DNA from: Rhina ancylostomus
Taxonomy: Eukaryota
Assembly (NCBI GenBank): GCA_030265395.1
Contig: JARFYF010000053.1
Coordinates: 16,200,636-16,264,635, forward strand
Length of the DNA stretch: 64,000 nucleotides
Direction: 5' to 3'
Shown: positions 51,203 to 64,000 of the stretch, piece after piece
Numbering within the stretch: position 1 is the first letter of the stretch
Layout: every line of letters starts with the position of its first letter
Position numbers and translations under genes: made by a program
Notes under the pieces: model-generated
What the model saw: the letters and a program-made list of their open reading frames with translations, nothing else
What the model was told of the DNA's origin: nothing
Databases searched by the model: none

Positions 51203-54200
51203 CTGGACTTTGAATTTAGAGAGTGAAAGGATGCTCTTGCATTTATTGCTGGACTTTTTGTCTCTTCCCTAGCCTTTAAAATGGACTACTGCAAAGCAAC
51301 AACCCCAGCTAGGAAGCAGAAGGAAACTAAAGCTATACCAGAGTCAAAACTCACCCAAATGTTAATAACCCTCCACTAGAAGGTTACCCTTCATGCTTGC
51401 AGGCAAGGTTGAATTAATTTTCATGTTTAATTCTTAACATACTGAGCTGCAGTACTGGTATCATTCCTGCATAATTTGGGACATTGCTATCTACAGGTGG
51501 CTTCTAAAGAAAGGGAGTTTAAAATTGAAATCTTAATCGTAGCTTCCCATAAACAAATAGCAGAATGCAAATTCCTCACCTGTGGCTGTCAACAATTAAT
51601 GCCTTGCACCGGAGATAAACTTGGAAAACTCACATCTAACCAACACTTCTGAATTCTAAAGCTCTGCTTATAAGCACAATAGGATCTTTGGATCCCTGCC
51701 TGTATCCCTAATGGTGGACGTGGGCATAAACATTGCCATCCAACCCAACATGTAACCTAATGGATTGTGACTCAACAATTGTATTTTTCAGGGCTTTCCA
51801 AGGCCAGGAAGGATGTGGAAGACATTCATAATTTTCCAACATATACTTCCAATAGGCAATGCACTCTATAAACAACTTTCATTCCAATAATGTAAAGTAT
51901 CATGCACTGTCAATCCCCAGAAATCTCAGTTTAAACTGGTAGTCTGATTTAAGATATATCTGCCCATGAGCTAACAACAATAAAAATAGCCTCTTCCAAA
52001 TATCTGGTTGCAGATGATTCAAACAGTCCAAATCAGTGAATAAGAAATAAAATCAAAATTATTTGCTTTCATTTGGGCAAGATGAGAATAATAACACAAT
52101 CAGCAGACTTAACAATAAATATAAAAAACCTGCTTCATACTATTTGCTTAATTCAAAATAAGAGATTAAGATCAAGATTTCAGCTCTTTTGGTGGTGTTC
52201 TCTTGCACTCTCCTGTTGTTAATCACTCCCCAAACATGGTCATGCTCAGCAAGACTCTAAGCTCTGCAACTCTCTCCCTTCAGCTCTCCAGCACTCAACC
52301 TCTCCCTGTCTTCCTTTATAATGCTACTTAAAACCTAGTGCCTTCCCCTGTGGCCTAATGCCAAATTTTGGACAGATTGATGGAAATGGATGGACGGACT
52401 AACATAATATTAATTTTACTCAATTATCTGACTCTTTCTTTTCTGGATTTGAGTGCAGAAAATATTATCAAACACTCACTTCTGTCCATTTCTCAAACTT
52501 CCAGTTGAACAATGGAAATGAACTGCACAATCTGAGAAACCTAACCAGGGACATATTCCCAATGGGGAGCATCTCTTAGGTGATGGGAAGCAACAATGTA
52601 GCCATGATTCTCTAACCTGCTTTCCATTCCTTTTGAATGTGCTCATCTATTCAGTCCCAATCCATTGAATTCATGTTGACACAGTGGGAACATGTTGATG
52701 CATTAAATGAGTTTTATATGGATTCAGCAGTATAATGATAAAATCTTTTCTAGGTTGCAAAAATTGAACTGAAGAGACAAGTCCTGAAATTCGAGATACC
52801 AAGGATGAAACAAATAGGTCAGTCAAGAACTTTCCATTGACATCAAGCTGAGGTTTTAAATGCCTGCTGTACATTTAGTGATAGATGAAGGCTGAGGGAG
52901 GTGAGAAGCTTCAAAAATATTATCCATTGTAACAAGACTTAGAAATGGAAATAGTGCAATGACTTACAGTTGCAGAGAGAGGGAAGGAATACTCATTGAG
53001 CACAGTTCTGCTTCTTTACTTGCAGTGCCTACCCTCTTTGATTACAAGATCACAAGGATCAGGTTAGTTNNNNNNNNNNATATTAGAATCAAAGAAGTCT
53101 TCAGCATAAAAGGAGGTCATTTATCCATCACACCTAAAGCACCTAAAGAACTGTTTAATTTCATCCCACACACCTGTGTTTCCCCTGTATATCTGCAAAT
53201 TGGTCCTTTTCATATTCAATTGCCTGCCTAACATTACTAATGGAATCAGATTCCAACACCATTTCAGCTCGTTCATCCCAGATTTTATTAATCCTTGAGA
53301 TGTGCATAGTTTGCTTTTCTTTCCCCTACTTCCTTGACAAAAATGCTGAATAATTTTTAGTGCCTCTTTTATGTCTTAACCTTCTCTATTCCAATGAGAA
53401 CAACCAACCTTTTCTTGCTTCTGTACATACTTAAACTCTTGCATCCCTGAAAAAGTTTAGATAAACCTCCTGAGAACTCTACAGCCCTTTATTCCCTCCG
53501 AAGATGTAGTGCCAGAAATGGACACAAAACTCCAGATGAGGCCTAATCCAAGATATGCAGAATATCACTTCCTTGCTTATGCATTCAATGTCTGTATTTA
53601 CAGAGTTTATAAATGCATTTAATTGTGATTATTGTGTTTGACTGAAACCAGAGAGTAAGAGCTGGGGAAAAAATTCATGAAGCAAATCCGAGAATCATTT
53701 CAACAAATAATTAAAAGTTGGTGGCAAGAGGAAACACTGCATAATGACATGGCAGACAGTGGGTTTGCACGGACTCCATGAAACTGCTGGGATTGTAGAA
53801 GATCCATAACCAAAGGGTAAAGGTTGGGTCTGATTGCCTCATTCATTTGAGCCCATTGGCCTTCCTTGTTCCTAAAACATTTAGGAATGAGATCATGGGT
53901 CAGTTGGTGTGCAAATGGGAATTAAGGTTTGATGGATAACTTTATTCAGTATCTATGGTGTAGTGAATTGTTACTGTTTGAAGGAAAATGTTGAAGGACC
54001 TTCACAATATATTCTACCAGGGTTAAACTGATCTAGGAGAGTTTAGGCATTGTAATGGGAGTTTTGTTTTGTAATTAATGGCAATATAGATGTATCTCTA
54101 CACTAATGACACTTTTCTGTATCTGCTTCTGGGAATGCTTAAGAGGTCAGCACAGAAGGATCTTGACTCTACGTCTAACCTGTGCTTGGAATTTTTGATG

Positions 54201-54539
54201 CCAAGATGCAGAAAACTGAGTTTCTGAGTGTGAGCAACCTTCACCTTGAGAAAGATATTTTTAATATCATAGTTGGACCATGAGAGGGACAGGAGTTGAT
54301 GATTTACATTGTAAAACAGCCGGCGAGTAAAGGTGACCTCCATCACTGCAATTATCTTACATTATACAAAACAGGAAGCAGATAAATCACAGGACCAGCC
54401 TGGTGTGACATAAGCATAACAGCAGATTTCTGACTATCCCACAAAGGCCACAAAGAGGCTCTACAATGCTGACATCAAGTCACTGAGCTGAAGAGCTCTC
54501 CATCCTTTGCTGAAAAGGATGGCCTTTTCTCCTTCGGTG

Positions 54540-54875
54540 CATTGGGTCTGCTGTGTATAGTATCTAGAAAATCCACTGCAGCAAAAGCCATTACTTCTTT
54601 GACAGTTCCTTCCAAACCAATGACCTTCAAATCTAGAAGGACAAGCGTAGCAATGCCTACCTCAAAATTCCCCTCCAAATCACATATCATCCAAACTTGG
54701 ACCAATATCATCAGCACTGAAAACCTGGAACTCCCCCACTCAAGAGAAATGTGGGAATACCTTCACCGTTGGGGCTGGAAGATATCCCATTGCCACCTTC
54801 TCAAGGGTAACTGGGAATGGGCAATAAAGGTTAACCTTACCATGACACTACATCCCATGAATGATTTAAATAAAA
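54540..54875 (+). mobile_element. Old LINE 3' end; related pieces at ~2290-2560 and ~60290-60470 (-)
   Basis: TCTAGAAGGACAAG..TTCCCCTCCAA..CCACCTTCTCAAGGGTAACTGGGAATGGGCAATAAA. Confidence 0.55.
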
Positions 54876-54956
54876 CAGACTCATGCCTATGCTGATATAC
54901 ACTCAGCACCCATGGACACTGAAGCATGCATCCCTATACGCAAATACATGCACACT

Positions 54957-54998
<42 letters not shown>
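54957..54998. repeat. (CA)n microsatellite
   Basis: Direct observation. Confidence 0.97.
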
Positions 54999-55001
<3 letters not shown>

Positions 55002-55417
55002 CAACTTTGACACATTGATTCACACTCCATCCACACATGTGAACAGGCAGAAACTGACATGCTTGTGCAATATCCAAACACAACTATTAATACATGTGTG
55101 AGTTTTGGCACACAGCTGTCATTGAGGTTTCTGATCCACCAGACTCATGCACAGTTGCAATATCAGGGCTGAAAACACAGCCACAAAGTCAGCTGTGTGG
55201 ATGGACCTTTCTGCATGCCGTGTGATCCAAGGCTCCCTGAATCTTAGCAGCATTCATAAATTACTGGATGTCTGGGTCATCTATTTACTTGTGAGTAAAT
55301 AAAAACAACTGAAACCACTGAGGCCAACCATGATAGGGGCCTCATACCTATCTAAGATCAGGTTGCTCCGTATAGTCTGAGAACGGAGCCTGGACCCTGT
55401 ATTTTCTATATTCTGAA

Positions 55418-55419
<2 letters not shown>

Positions 55420-55480
<61 letters not shown>

Positions 55481-55500
55481 CTGTCTGTCTGTCTGCCTGT
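55420..55500. repeat. (TG)n + (TCTG)n microsatellite
   Basis: Direct observation. Confidence 0.97.
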
Positions 55501-55649
55501 GTGGCAGATTCCATATCAGTTATCCAATAATGCATAATAATGGTGTAGATATCACTCATCTCTTCACCTTGTATTTTGCATTTCAACATATTCACAATGA
55601 ACAGAAGGATACACATGTGCCAGCAGGATGTAGGGGTGCTCACGATCAA

Positions 55650-56580
55650 GACTGTCCAGCATTATGGACTTTACTCATCAAAAGACAGGATCCACCTGCA
55701 TTTGGAAAGGCAAGGACTGATAAGGGCTTTGCGCATGGGAAATCATGTCCCTGAAATTCACTGAGTTTTTTGAAGAGCTGACTAAGATGAATGAAAAGGG
55801 CAAGGTAGTAGATATTGTCTACATGGACTTCAGCAAGTTGAGATCACATAGGATCCAGGGAGAGGTAGTAGTTGGATATAAAATTAGCTTGGTGGAAAGA
55901 GTCGGGAAGGTTGTTTTTCAGATTGGAGGCCTGTGACCAGTGGTGTGCTGGAGGGATTGGTGCTGGGTCCCTTGTCATATATATTAATGATTTGGATGAG
56001 AATGTAGGTGGCATGTAGGTGGATGAGACCAAAATTGGTGGTGCGGTGGAAAGTGAAGAAAGTTGTCTAAGGTTATGACAGGATCTAGATCAACTGGGAA
56101 AGTGGGCAAAGGAATGGCAGATGGAATTTAACTTAGACAAGTACAAATTGAGGCATTTTGGGAAGTTAATCCAGGGCAGGACATACACTGTGAATGACAG
56201 GACCCTGGGGAGTGTTATAGAACAGAGAGACCCTGATTCAGTAGACTAATTGGTGATGAAGGTGTACAGCATGCTTGCTTTCGTTGGATGGGGCACTGAG
56301 TACAAGAGTTGAGATGTCATATTACAGCTGTATCCAACATTAGTGAGACCGCACCTGGAATATTGTGTGCAGTGGCGGTCGCCATACTATAGGAAGATGT
56401 GACAAAGCTAGAGAGGGGGCAAAAAAGACTCACAAGGATGTTGCTAGGACAGGAAAGATTCAAAGAAATATGAGCCAAATGCAGGCAAATGGGACAAGCT
56501 CAGGAAAGCACCTTGGCTGGCATGGATGGGTTGGGCTGCAGGGTTTGTTTCCATGCTGTATGATTCCACTGCTCCATGAC
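55650..56580 (+). mobile_element. CR1 LINE with degraded reverse transcriptase region
   Basis: GFAHGKSC, EFFEELTKMNEKGKVVDIVYMDFSK, GTGACCAGTGGTGTG (SGVP), ATATTAATGATTTGGATGAG (YINDL). Confidence 0.88.
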
Positions 56581-57119
56581 TCCCTATTTGCAGCAGGACA
56601 GGTCAAGTGAGAAGTAAATGAAGGGAAGTATGAGGTATGGTTGGAGGGTGTAGTGATGATGGACTGGAGGTAGGGGTATTGGGAATACTGGATGCTAGTA
56701 TCAGAGTCATTGGGTGTAGGTGACAAGGTCACTATTTTACAATGCGTGTGAAATCATCAGCATTGGAAGCTATAAAGGCAGATTCAATCTCAATAAATTC
56801 AGGTGATAGATGGTGATAGACATAGAGGTATGTGTAACATGGCTACAGACAGCACAAATCTATCAGCTAATATAGGCAGGAAATGGCAGACAATGGTTCC
56901 TTGATGCCATACTCTACAGTTAAAGTTTGTATCACCCCAAGAGGCCACATGAGTAGCAATAGTGTTATGTACACATAATGTGCTAACAGTACCAATGTAG
57001 AAAATTGATAACACTGACTGTATAGACTGAATGACACTATGAATGTAAACAGTCATGTGCTGTTTTCTGTACTATATATATTGTTATGAATAAAATTTAT
57101 TTTTGAAAAAATATTGCTA

Positions 57120-57480
57120 CCTGAATGTGCACATGCATTTGCATGAATGTATATGTATGTTTGTGTGTGTGTGTGTGTGTGAAGGCGGAATTACCTCTTC
57201 ATGTTTCTATGTATATACTGCATTTACAGTATGCCTGACCATGTGTGTATGAACATTTATGTATTTTTGTTTTTGCAGAGATATTTATGGATGGGTATAT
57301 ATGTTTGTGGCATGTATTTAGCTGATGGGTTCATGCATTTATATGGATATGTGTTTGTATGTTTTTCCCCATGTGTGTTTTTGTATGTGTGTGTTTATAT
57401 TTCCATGTGTTTATTGTGTGTCTGGATGTGTGTCTTTCTATGTGTATATTTGCCTGTTTAGGTGAATGTGCCTGCCTGTT
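57120..57480. repeat. TG/TA-rich degenerate microsatellite
   Basis: Direct observation. Confidence 0.8.
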
Positions 57481-60400
57481 TTATACTAATACAGAGTCTA
57501 CATCCTTATGTCTACATGCAAATCAATGCTTCAGTTGTGGCTCTGAGTTTAGAATCTAAAATGTGTCTCTCCAGTGATGATGGCAGGATATATCTGACCT
57601 ACTTTGACAGTTGAGCCACAACACTAGAGGCAATCAAACATTCTGCTGCATTTTTCACCTTGCTAGCTTCTGGTGATAACAAAGTAAATACTTCCTCATC
57701 CTTTATCCAAGGGCATTTAGCAGTTTTGGCATTCCCCCCTTTTCCTTATAAGACTCAGACTTTCAGTTTGTCTGGCTAACCCGACTGACCCAATTAAGTC
57801 AGTTATCGAGTTTAGATTTCCTTCCTTTCTTTCCACTTCCTTTTCCTGCATTTTCACAATTCATCATAATATACTCATTTAAATCTCAGAATCCCAACCC
57901 TATCAATCTTCTCACCTCTCACAAAGCTTTCCTTCATCCCAAGATCTTTTAAAACCCCAGTTTTTTTAACTTATTACTTGTCAATTTATTTTTAATATCT
58001 CTAGAATTTATCATGGGAGTTAGCTGTTTTAGCATAACTGTAAGAACGTTTGCATGTCTTATACTGAAGATCCATTTGAATGGAATTCTGTTTCCCAAAT
58101 ATTTCCATAGGACCTTCCTACCATTGCTGCACTTGCCAAGGTCACTGTGCAGCCTAAATCCTTGGATGCGGATTCTGAATCAAAATAAATCCCTATATAT
58201 TCACAGAGCATCAGACTCTAGCTTCCAGATCAATAAAGGGCTATTATCTGTATGTGCTATCGTGTCTTAACGAAGCTTTTGGATCACACTCATAAGCTAT
58301 ATTTACATTCAAACATATGGAAGTCCTTTAAATCAGAGTAGTTATGTAATTTTAAATATTATGATTGCCTCTGTCTACATGTATACAATGGGCATGGAGA
58401 AACGTAGTTCCCTGTTTTCTCTTTCCCTCTTTCTTAAGCAGTGGGGTTATCTTTGCTGCCTTCCAGTCTGTAGGAACTGTTCTAAAATATAAATATTTTG
58501 GAAGGTGACAAGCAGTGCATCCACCATCTTTGTGATGAGAATTTTAGTTTCATATTTGCTTTATTTCCTGATTTGAATCTTTATCCTAATCTAGAACTAT
58601 AATTTAACTTAATTGCAAAATTAAGCTTTAATATTTTAGTAGCTTCAATATCTTGAAAAGATCACATCCTAGATGCCAAGGCTCTTCACTCTTTTCTCAC
58701 AATGTAGGATATCATGCACAAAAGAAAAATCAGTCGAATGAATCATTGTCTGCCTCTGGGACTTGAATACTTCTCTATGTCTCACAACTGGACTGAACTG
58801 ATTAAAATGGGACATATCTTCCTCTGACATGTTGTTTATCTCTAACTATTAAAATTGGTTGCACTAAATTATCTGGACATTTATACCTTACATGTAAGAA
58901 GACCCCACAGAATCTTTTAATCTCAATCTCACCTCTACTAATAAGATTATTACCATTATATCTTTGCATGATATTTGTCACCATTGAATTCCAATGGCCA
59001 TTGTTCTACCCACTGACATTTTTAAACTAACTCTGTAATTATTGAGATGTCTATACAATGTGAAATTAAACTATTAAGCCAAAGAACATTACAGGTTGAT
59101 TCCTTGAATTAGCTGATGAGTCAAGAAATTGGTGCAAATTCTGTAAATGACACTACCTCTCAGGACTAAAGAGGACCAAAAATAAAATCTGTCATGGTTC
59201 CTGACTCATCTTTGCCTGTATTTTAACTTGTTCCAAGTCCTGTTTACTCATTACCCCTTTACTTGCACTGATGCATGGTCTCATTTTGAAAACTGTTTTC
59301 TATAAATTTAAGTCTTTTCACAGCCTCATTCTTCTCTATTTCTTTAACCTCTTCCAGCCCTACAATATTCAGTGACCTCTGTACACTTTTAATTCTGGCC
59401 TCTTGTGTATCTCTGATTTTCGTCACTTCCCGTAAATGGCTCTGCCTTCAATTGCCTTGCTTCCAAAGTCTAGAATTCCCACCTTTAACTTAACTGCTTC
59501 ATTACCTTTCTCCCCTACATTCCAGTCACATCTTAAAACCTATCAGTTTAATCAAGATATTGGTTAGTGTCTTCTTCCTATTTGATAACTGTCCTGTGAA
59601 GCACCCTGGGATATTTGGGATGTTTTATTATTTTGCAGGTGCAAGACGTTGTTGCTGTTCTTTTGGGGCAAACTCATGTTGTTTTTCTCATTTGAGCAAA
59701 TTTTCATCATAAAGTTGGACTCCTTCAGGTTTGTTTTTTTAAAAATATAATAATTATAACCATGTGAATTAACTGAGAATTCATGTCCCATATGCTAATG
59801 TCTAGTTATTTAAACACATTATAGGACAGGTTTTGGATTTTTCTAGGAGCACTGAGACCACAACAAACCATGATTATCAGCAGTGAAGGAGAGATTGTTT
59901 CAACCTAAACAAACGGTTTAGGTAAAATTAATATGTTGTATAAACCACCAAACACTTTGATTGAATTGAGCTGTAACTTACCTATCACTATCTGTCATTC
60001 TCCATATAAACCTTTTGATTTGATTCCAGCCTGAAACTTACCAGAATCTTTTATTCAATATGCAGCACTCAATAGGAGACCAGGTTACCTGGAAGATTCA
60101 CTTCCAGGTAATCTACATTTTATATATAAACCCCTTGAACCTCTCTGTAGCTCACTTCCAAATTCAAGGAATCAACCCGTAATGTTCTTTGTCCACTTCC
60201 ACACCCCATAATTCTCAACTAATTAGGGAGCACCAATTAATTCACTATGCATGAACTAAACACTTCAACTGAGTTGAATTGTTATTTTAATTCCTTTTTT
60301 TGGGGGGGGGAGGAATTCAGTGCTAGCTGGCACAGCCAGCATTTATTGTCCATCCCCAGTGCTCTTCAGAAAGTGGTAGTGAACTGCCTTCTCAAACTGC

Positions 60401-60789
60401 TACAGGTCATCTGGTGAAGGCACTCCCACAATACTATGGAGTTGGTGAGTGCCAGGATTCAGACCTATATCACCACCTGTTCCTCTGTTATCTATATATA
60501 AAAGTCAACAAAACCCTTTGACTCAGGCCTCCAGCTCATTTCCAGGGTCCCTTTTAGTTGACATTTGTCCCTGAAATCTCAATTAGACTGCAGTTTTTGT
60601 CTCAATCCAAGCTATCTGTCATATGCACAGCGAGTTGCGAAGGTGGTTAAAAAAAAGCACAAGGTTTAATTGTATTTAAAATCACAAGCATAGAATAGAC
60701 TGTAAAAGTAAGACGATGATACTAGAACATCATAAATCATTTGTTGGGCGGTGCTCCATGATTGACTGCTTTCACCCACAAGTTACTAG

Positions 60790-62880
60790 TGTATCCGGCT
60801 GCAATTGGTTGTTAGCAGAGGACAACATTTCTGATCGACAGGAAATAAGCCAATAGGTGCAGGAGTGGGAGGAGTGAAGACAGCCTCCCGCCGGGGAGGT
60901 GCCAATGTTAGGGGCGGGAACCCAAGACTAGTTGAATCTCCTTTGCTTAAAAAAAAGTGGAGGATGTTGAATAAAAATAAAACGACCTGAAATTCTTGTC
61001 AGCAGCGATAATAGAATGACTTGATTTTTAAAATAAAATGCTCCAACACGCATTCAATGTTAAATCGATTGCATTAGAGTGCAAAGCGCATCCGCGGCGC
61101 AACCCAACCTGGTGCATTTCCAGGAGGCAGCTTGGAACTTCAGTGGACAGACCGATGCATCAGTGCAAACGGGCTGACCGGCGGCAGCGTCCATACAGCC
61201 AATCTCAGCCAGTGCTGAGCCGGCCCCCTTTAATATCGCCATGCAGACTGTGTCTGCAAAGACACAGGGCAAGTTTGGATGACATTCACACATCATATTT
61301 ATTCAGGGCTGCATCGCGTGAATGCAAAACCGAATTTGTTTTTTTTTCCTTTACCACGTTAACCTTCCACTCTAAGCGTCGAATATATCCACCTGATCCA
61401 CCAGCGTCTGATTCAATGGAAGCAAAAGTCATTCTCTACCCTCCAGAGAAATGGCATCGATTCTTATTAAGCATCACATTATCTTAAAGGAAATTAAAAC
61501 GTGACGATCCAGTCATTCCACCCTCCCAATCGTGTCACTACTGTTTAGAAAATCTTGGTTAATTCAAACACAGAGAGCATTTGAAACATTCTGATGGTCA
61601 ACGGATTCGCACGACTCGGAATCTAATGATTCAAATGTTAATCTCGAAGTAATACGGGGATGTGGGGAGAATAAACTTTACCTCCAAATGTGCCTCGGAG
61701 TTACCAAACATACACCAACCTTACATCCACTGTCAGCTCCAGAGGACAACATGGATTGCAAATATTAATAATTCAAGCATCTGCTATTTATGTCAGCTTG
61801 GGGGTTGAGCATTTTGTCGAGGTTCCTACGCACATTGAAGGTGAAAACTGAAGAAATCCGCCCTCAATAAAACTGGCAATTCTGCAACTTACCAGCGAGT
61901 AATCAGCGCAAATATACCAGACACGATGCAGCAGCCGAGGGATGGAAATGGAATAGAAATCAACTGAAAGGATGAGAAAGAGGCAGAGGATTCCGGTGTT
62001 AAGATTAAAAAACCCAAACAAGTAGTGACTCCAAATCAAAATCCAGGGTGGAAACGTCCTCACGCATTGACGCCAGCAGCGTATACATTCCGCATCATCC
62101 CTCAGACTAATAATAGCATGCCATATGAATGGGGAAAAAAATGAAAGTTTATCTCAGGGGAGGGACTGGATTGAGAATACTGTGGGCTGTCATGGTTAAA
62201 TACCCTTTCAATGTACGTGCGTCACTGATTAATGTTGAATGCTGTGTACATAGGTGGGATGCAATGTGCTCAGATCACAGGAAAATAATCTCAGTACAGA
62301 CTGAAAGAGAGCTGGTGACGCAGAACTGAGTCAATGGGAGAGACACCAGCTTCGGTCCTGGGGCTGGGATGGGTCCAGGTGAGGGCTGGGCTTGGGGGGG
62401 TGAGGGAGGGGGCTGCCGGGCTGCCTAATGAAGGGTAGATAGGTGGGTGGGGGAGTATGGGTTGTATCCAGATGAATGGAAGGTTGGGTGCATAGTTGAA
62501 GGAGGTAAGCATGAGGGTCTGGATGAGGGTGGTCTGGGTGGATACGTGGAGGGATGAATGGATGACAGACGTGACAGGGGCTGGGTGGGTAGGTACAGGT
62601 GGGTTAGTTGAGTTGGTGAGTGTGGGCTGCATTGACAGGTAGGCTGATTTCCCTGGAAACATGGTGGGATGAGGGGAGGGAGGATGCAGGGAAGGATGGA
62701 CCGGTGAAGATGGTATCCTTAGATGGACAGAGAGATGGCTGCCTGGCCAAGCAAGAGGAGAATGCAGTGAGGGTGGTTGCCTGGATACATAGAGGGATGG
62801 ATGCATGGCTGAAGTGGATGAAAATGAGGAGATTGGTGTATGTGGATGACGTAAAATTAATTCAAAGGGGTCGTCAGTGT
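60790..62880. promoter_or_regulatory. CpG-enriched promoter-like region
   Basis: Local rise in CpG. CCAAT/ATTGG at 60804, 60850 and 60902; GC box at 60911-60918; TGACG/CGTCA half-sites at 62068, 62220, 62316, 62847 and 62872. Confidence 0.55.
61893..62100 (-). other. SLC6A17: Candidate non-coding exon 1 of SLC6A17 (5' end uncertain)
   Basis: Strong donor CTG|GTAAGT at 61893/61892 within the only CpG-enriched region of the window; the mammalian gene has a non-coding first exon. Confidence 0.5.
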
Positions 62881-64000
62881 TGAGTGGATCGTATTCAGTT
62901 GTAGCACTTGGTTGATAATATTGAGGTATGAATATTTAATATTATCCTCTTCAACTAATGGACAGTGTTTTCAATCTCAGTAAGGTTACCAGATTGACAG
63001 GAGAATATAAACTGTGATAGGTTAATAAATCATTTAATAACAGGAACATAAGTAGTTGATAATATGGTTGATAATCAGGTTAATATGTGGTTAGTGAAGT
63101 GACTAATAAATTAGTTCATAACATGAGTGGTTATGATGAATAACTGGGTTCATAAAGCAGAGTACCACATTGCCCATAAGTGCGTTGAATGTTGGGACCT
63201 AACATTCATTAATAGAAAGGTTAATCCAGATAACCTTTCTATCTGGGAATTAATGTGGAAGCAGTAGTGAAAATGTCATGGTTCTGAGTTCTGGCCCTCA
63301 ATTTGGCTCATTAATGCCTTGTTGTCTAGCACATGGATTCCATGCTGGACNNNNNNNNNNNNNNNNNNNNNNNNNNNNNNNNNNNNNNNNNNNNNNNNNN
63401 NNNNNNNNNNNNNNNNNNNNNNNNNNNNNNNNNNNNNNNNNNNNNNNNNNNNNNNNNNNNNNNNGTAGTTATTAATAAAGTAGTTTTTAACACTTATACA
63501 TGTCTCGGTGTGTTTCTTTTGTTGCTGGTTCGTAACACTGACCCAAACCATACAATATATTTGTGAGTAGGCCTCATGAGATGAAGACAATTAGCCATTT
63601 GCATTTCCTTGTGTATCTGGTTCAATAAAATTAAAATACTACCTTGTGCTATACCCAAGTTGAACCTGGTGCAGTATCAACATGCACTTCTTGGTGCATT
63701 CCCTGGCATACCACATGCTGAATCTCTGTTTGCCCATTGTGCATTTTCCCATCCCTCCTGTGTATATCTCAGTCAATGTTCATGTTGACACAACTGCTTC
63801 ATAGTGGGTTTATGAACCCTTTTGGTGGGCAATACTTTTGCTGTTGTTGCAACAAACAGAGGAGGCCAACATTCTGTCCTTGGTCATTTGGTCCAGCTGT
63901 CAATTGTTCTATCTCTGAAGGGGGAATATTCCAAGCAAAAGTCAGTGGTTTGAGTGTGGTCTGGGAGAGAGAGTGCTTTCATGGGAATTCTGGAATTGTC

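Noticed and set aside
54903-54919. RE1/NRSE-like TCAGCACC-CAT-GGACAC in intron 1 (similar motif near 61733)
   Set aside because: 3-nt rather than 2-nt spacer and a mismatched right half-site; not supportable without conservation or ChIP data.
61038-61487. 149-aa ORF in the CpG-rich region
   Set aside because: No recognisable protein features; expected by chance in GC-richer promoter DNA.

Overview
Vertebrate genomic DNA from a fragmented scaffold with 13 N-gaps. The repeat content (CR1 LINEs, tRNA-derived SINEs, Deu-domain SINE, Penelope-type palindromes) points to a cartilaginous fish, probably a ray or skate. The window is dominated by one minus-strand gene, SLC6A17 (NTT4/B0AT3, synaptic-vesicle neutral amino-acid transporter). 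It has 11 coding exons from ATG 50638 to TAA 11341, every visible boundary is GT-AG, there is a probable non-coding exon 1 and CpG-rich promoter near 61.9-62.9 kb, and possibly a very long 3' UTR. Exon numbers follow human SLC6A17, and human comparisons are from memory. Two anomalies stand out. (1) Exon 5 is 7 nt short, giving a frameshift and immediate TGA in an otherwise well-conserved gene. (2) A solitary 106-nt exon of a cGMP-dependent protein kinase (PRKG1-like) with intact splice sites lies antisense in intron 9, inside a ~1.5-kb block that splits an older CR1. Either could be real (a loss-of-function allele; retroelement-linked exon capture) or an assembly artefact. Exon 9 runs into a gap. 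No prokaryote-type system, RNA gene or CRISPR array was found.
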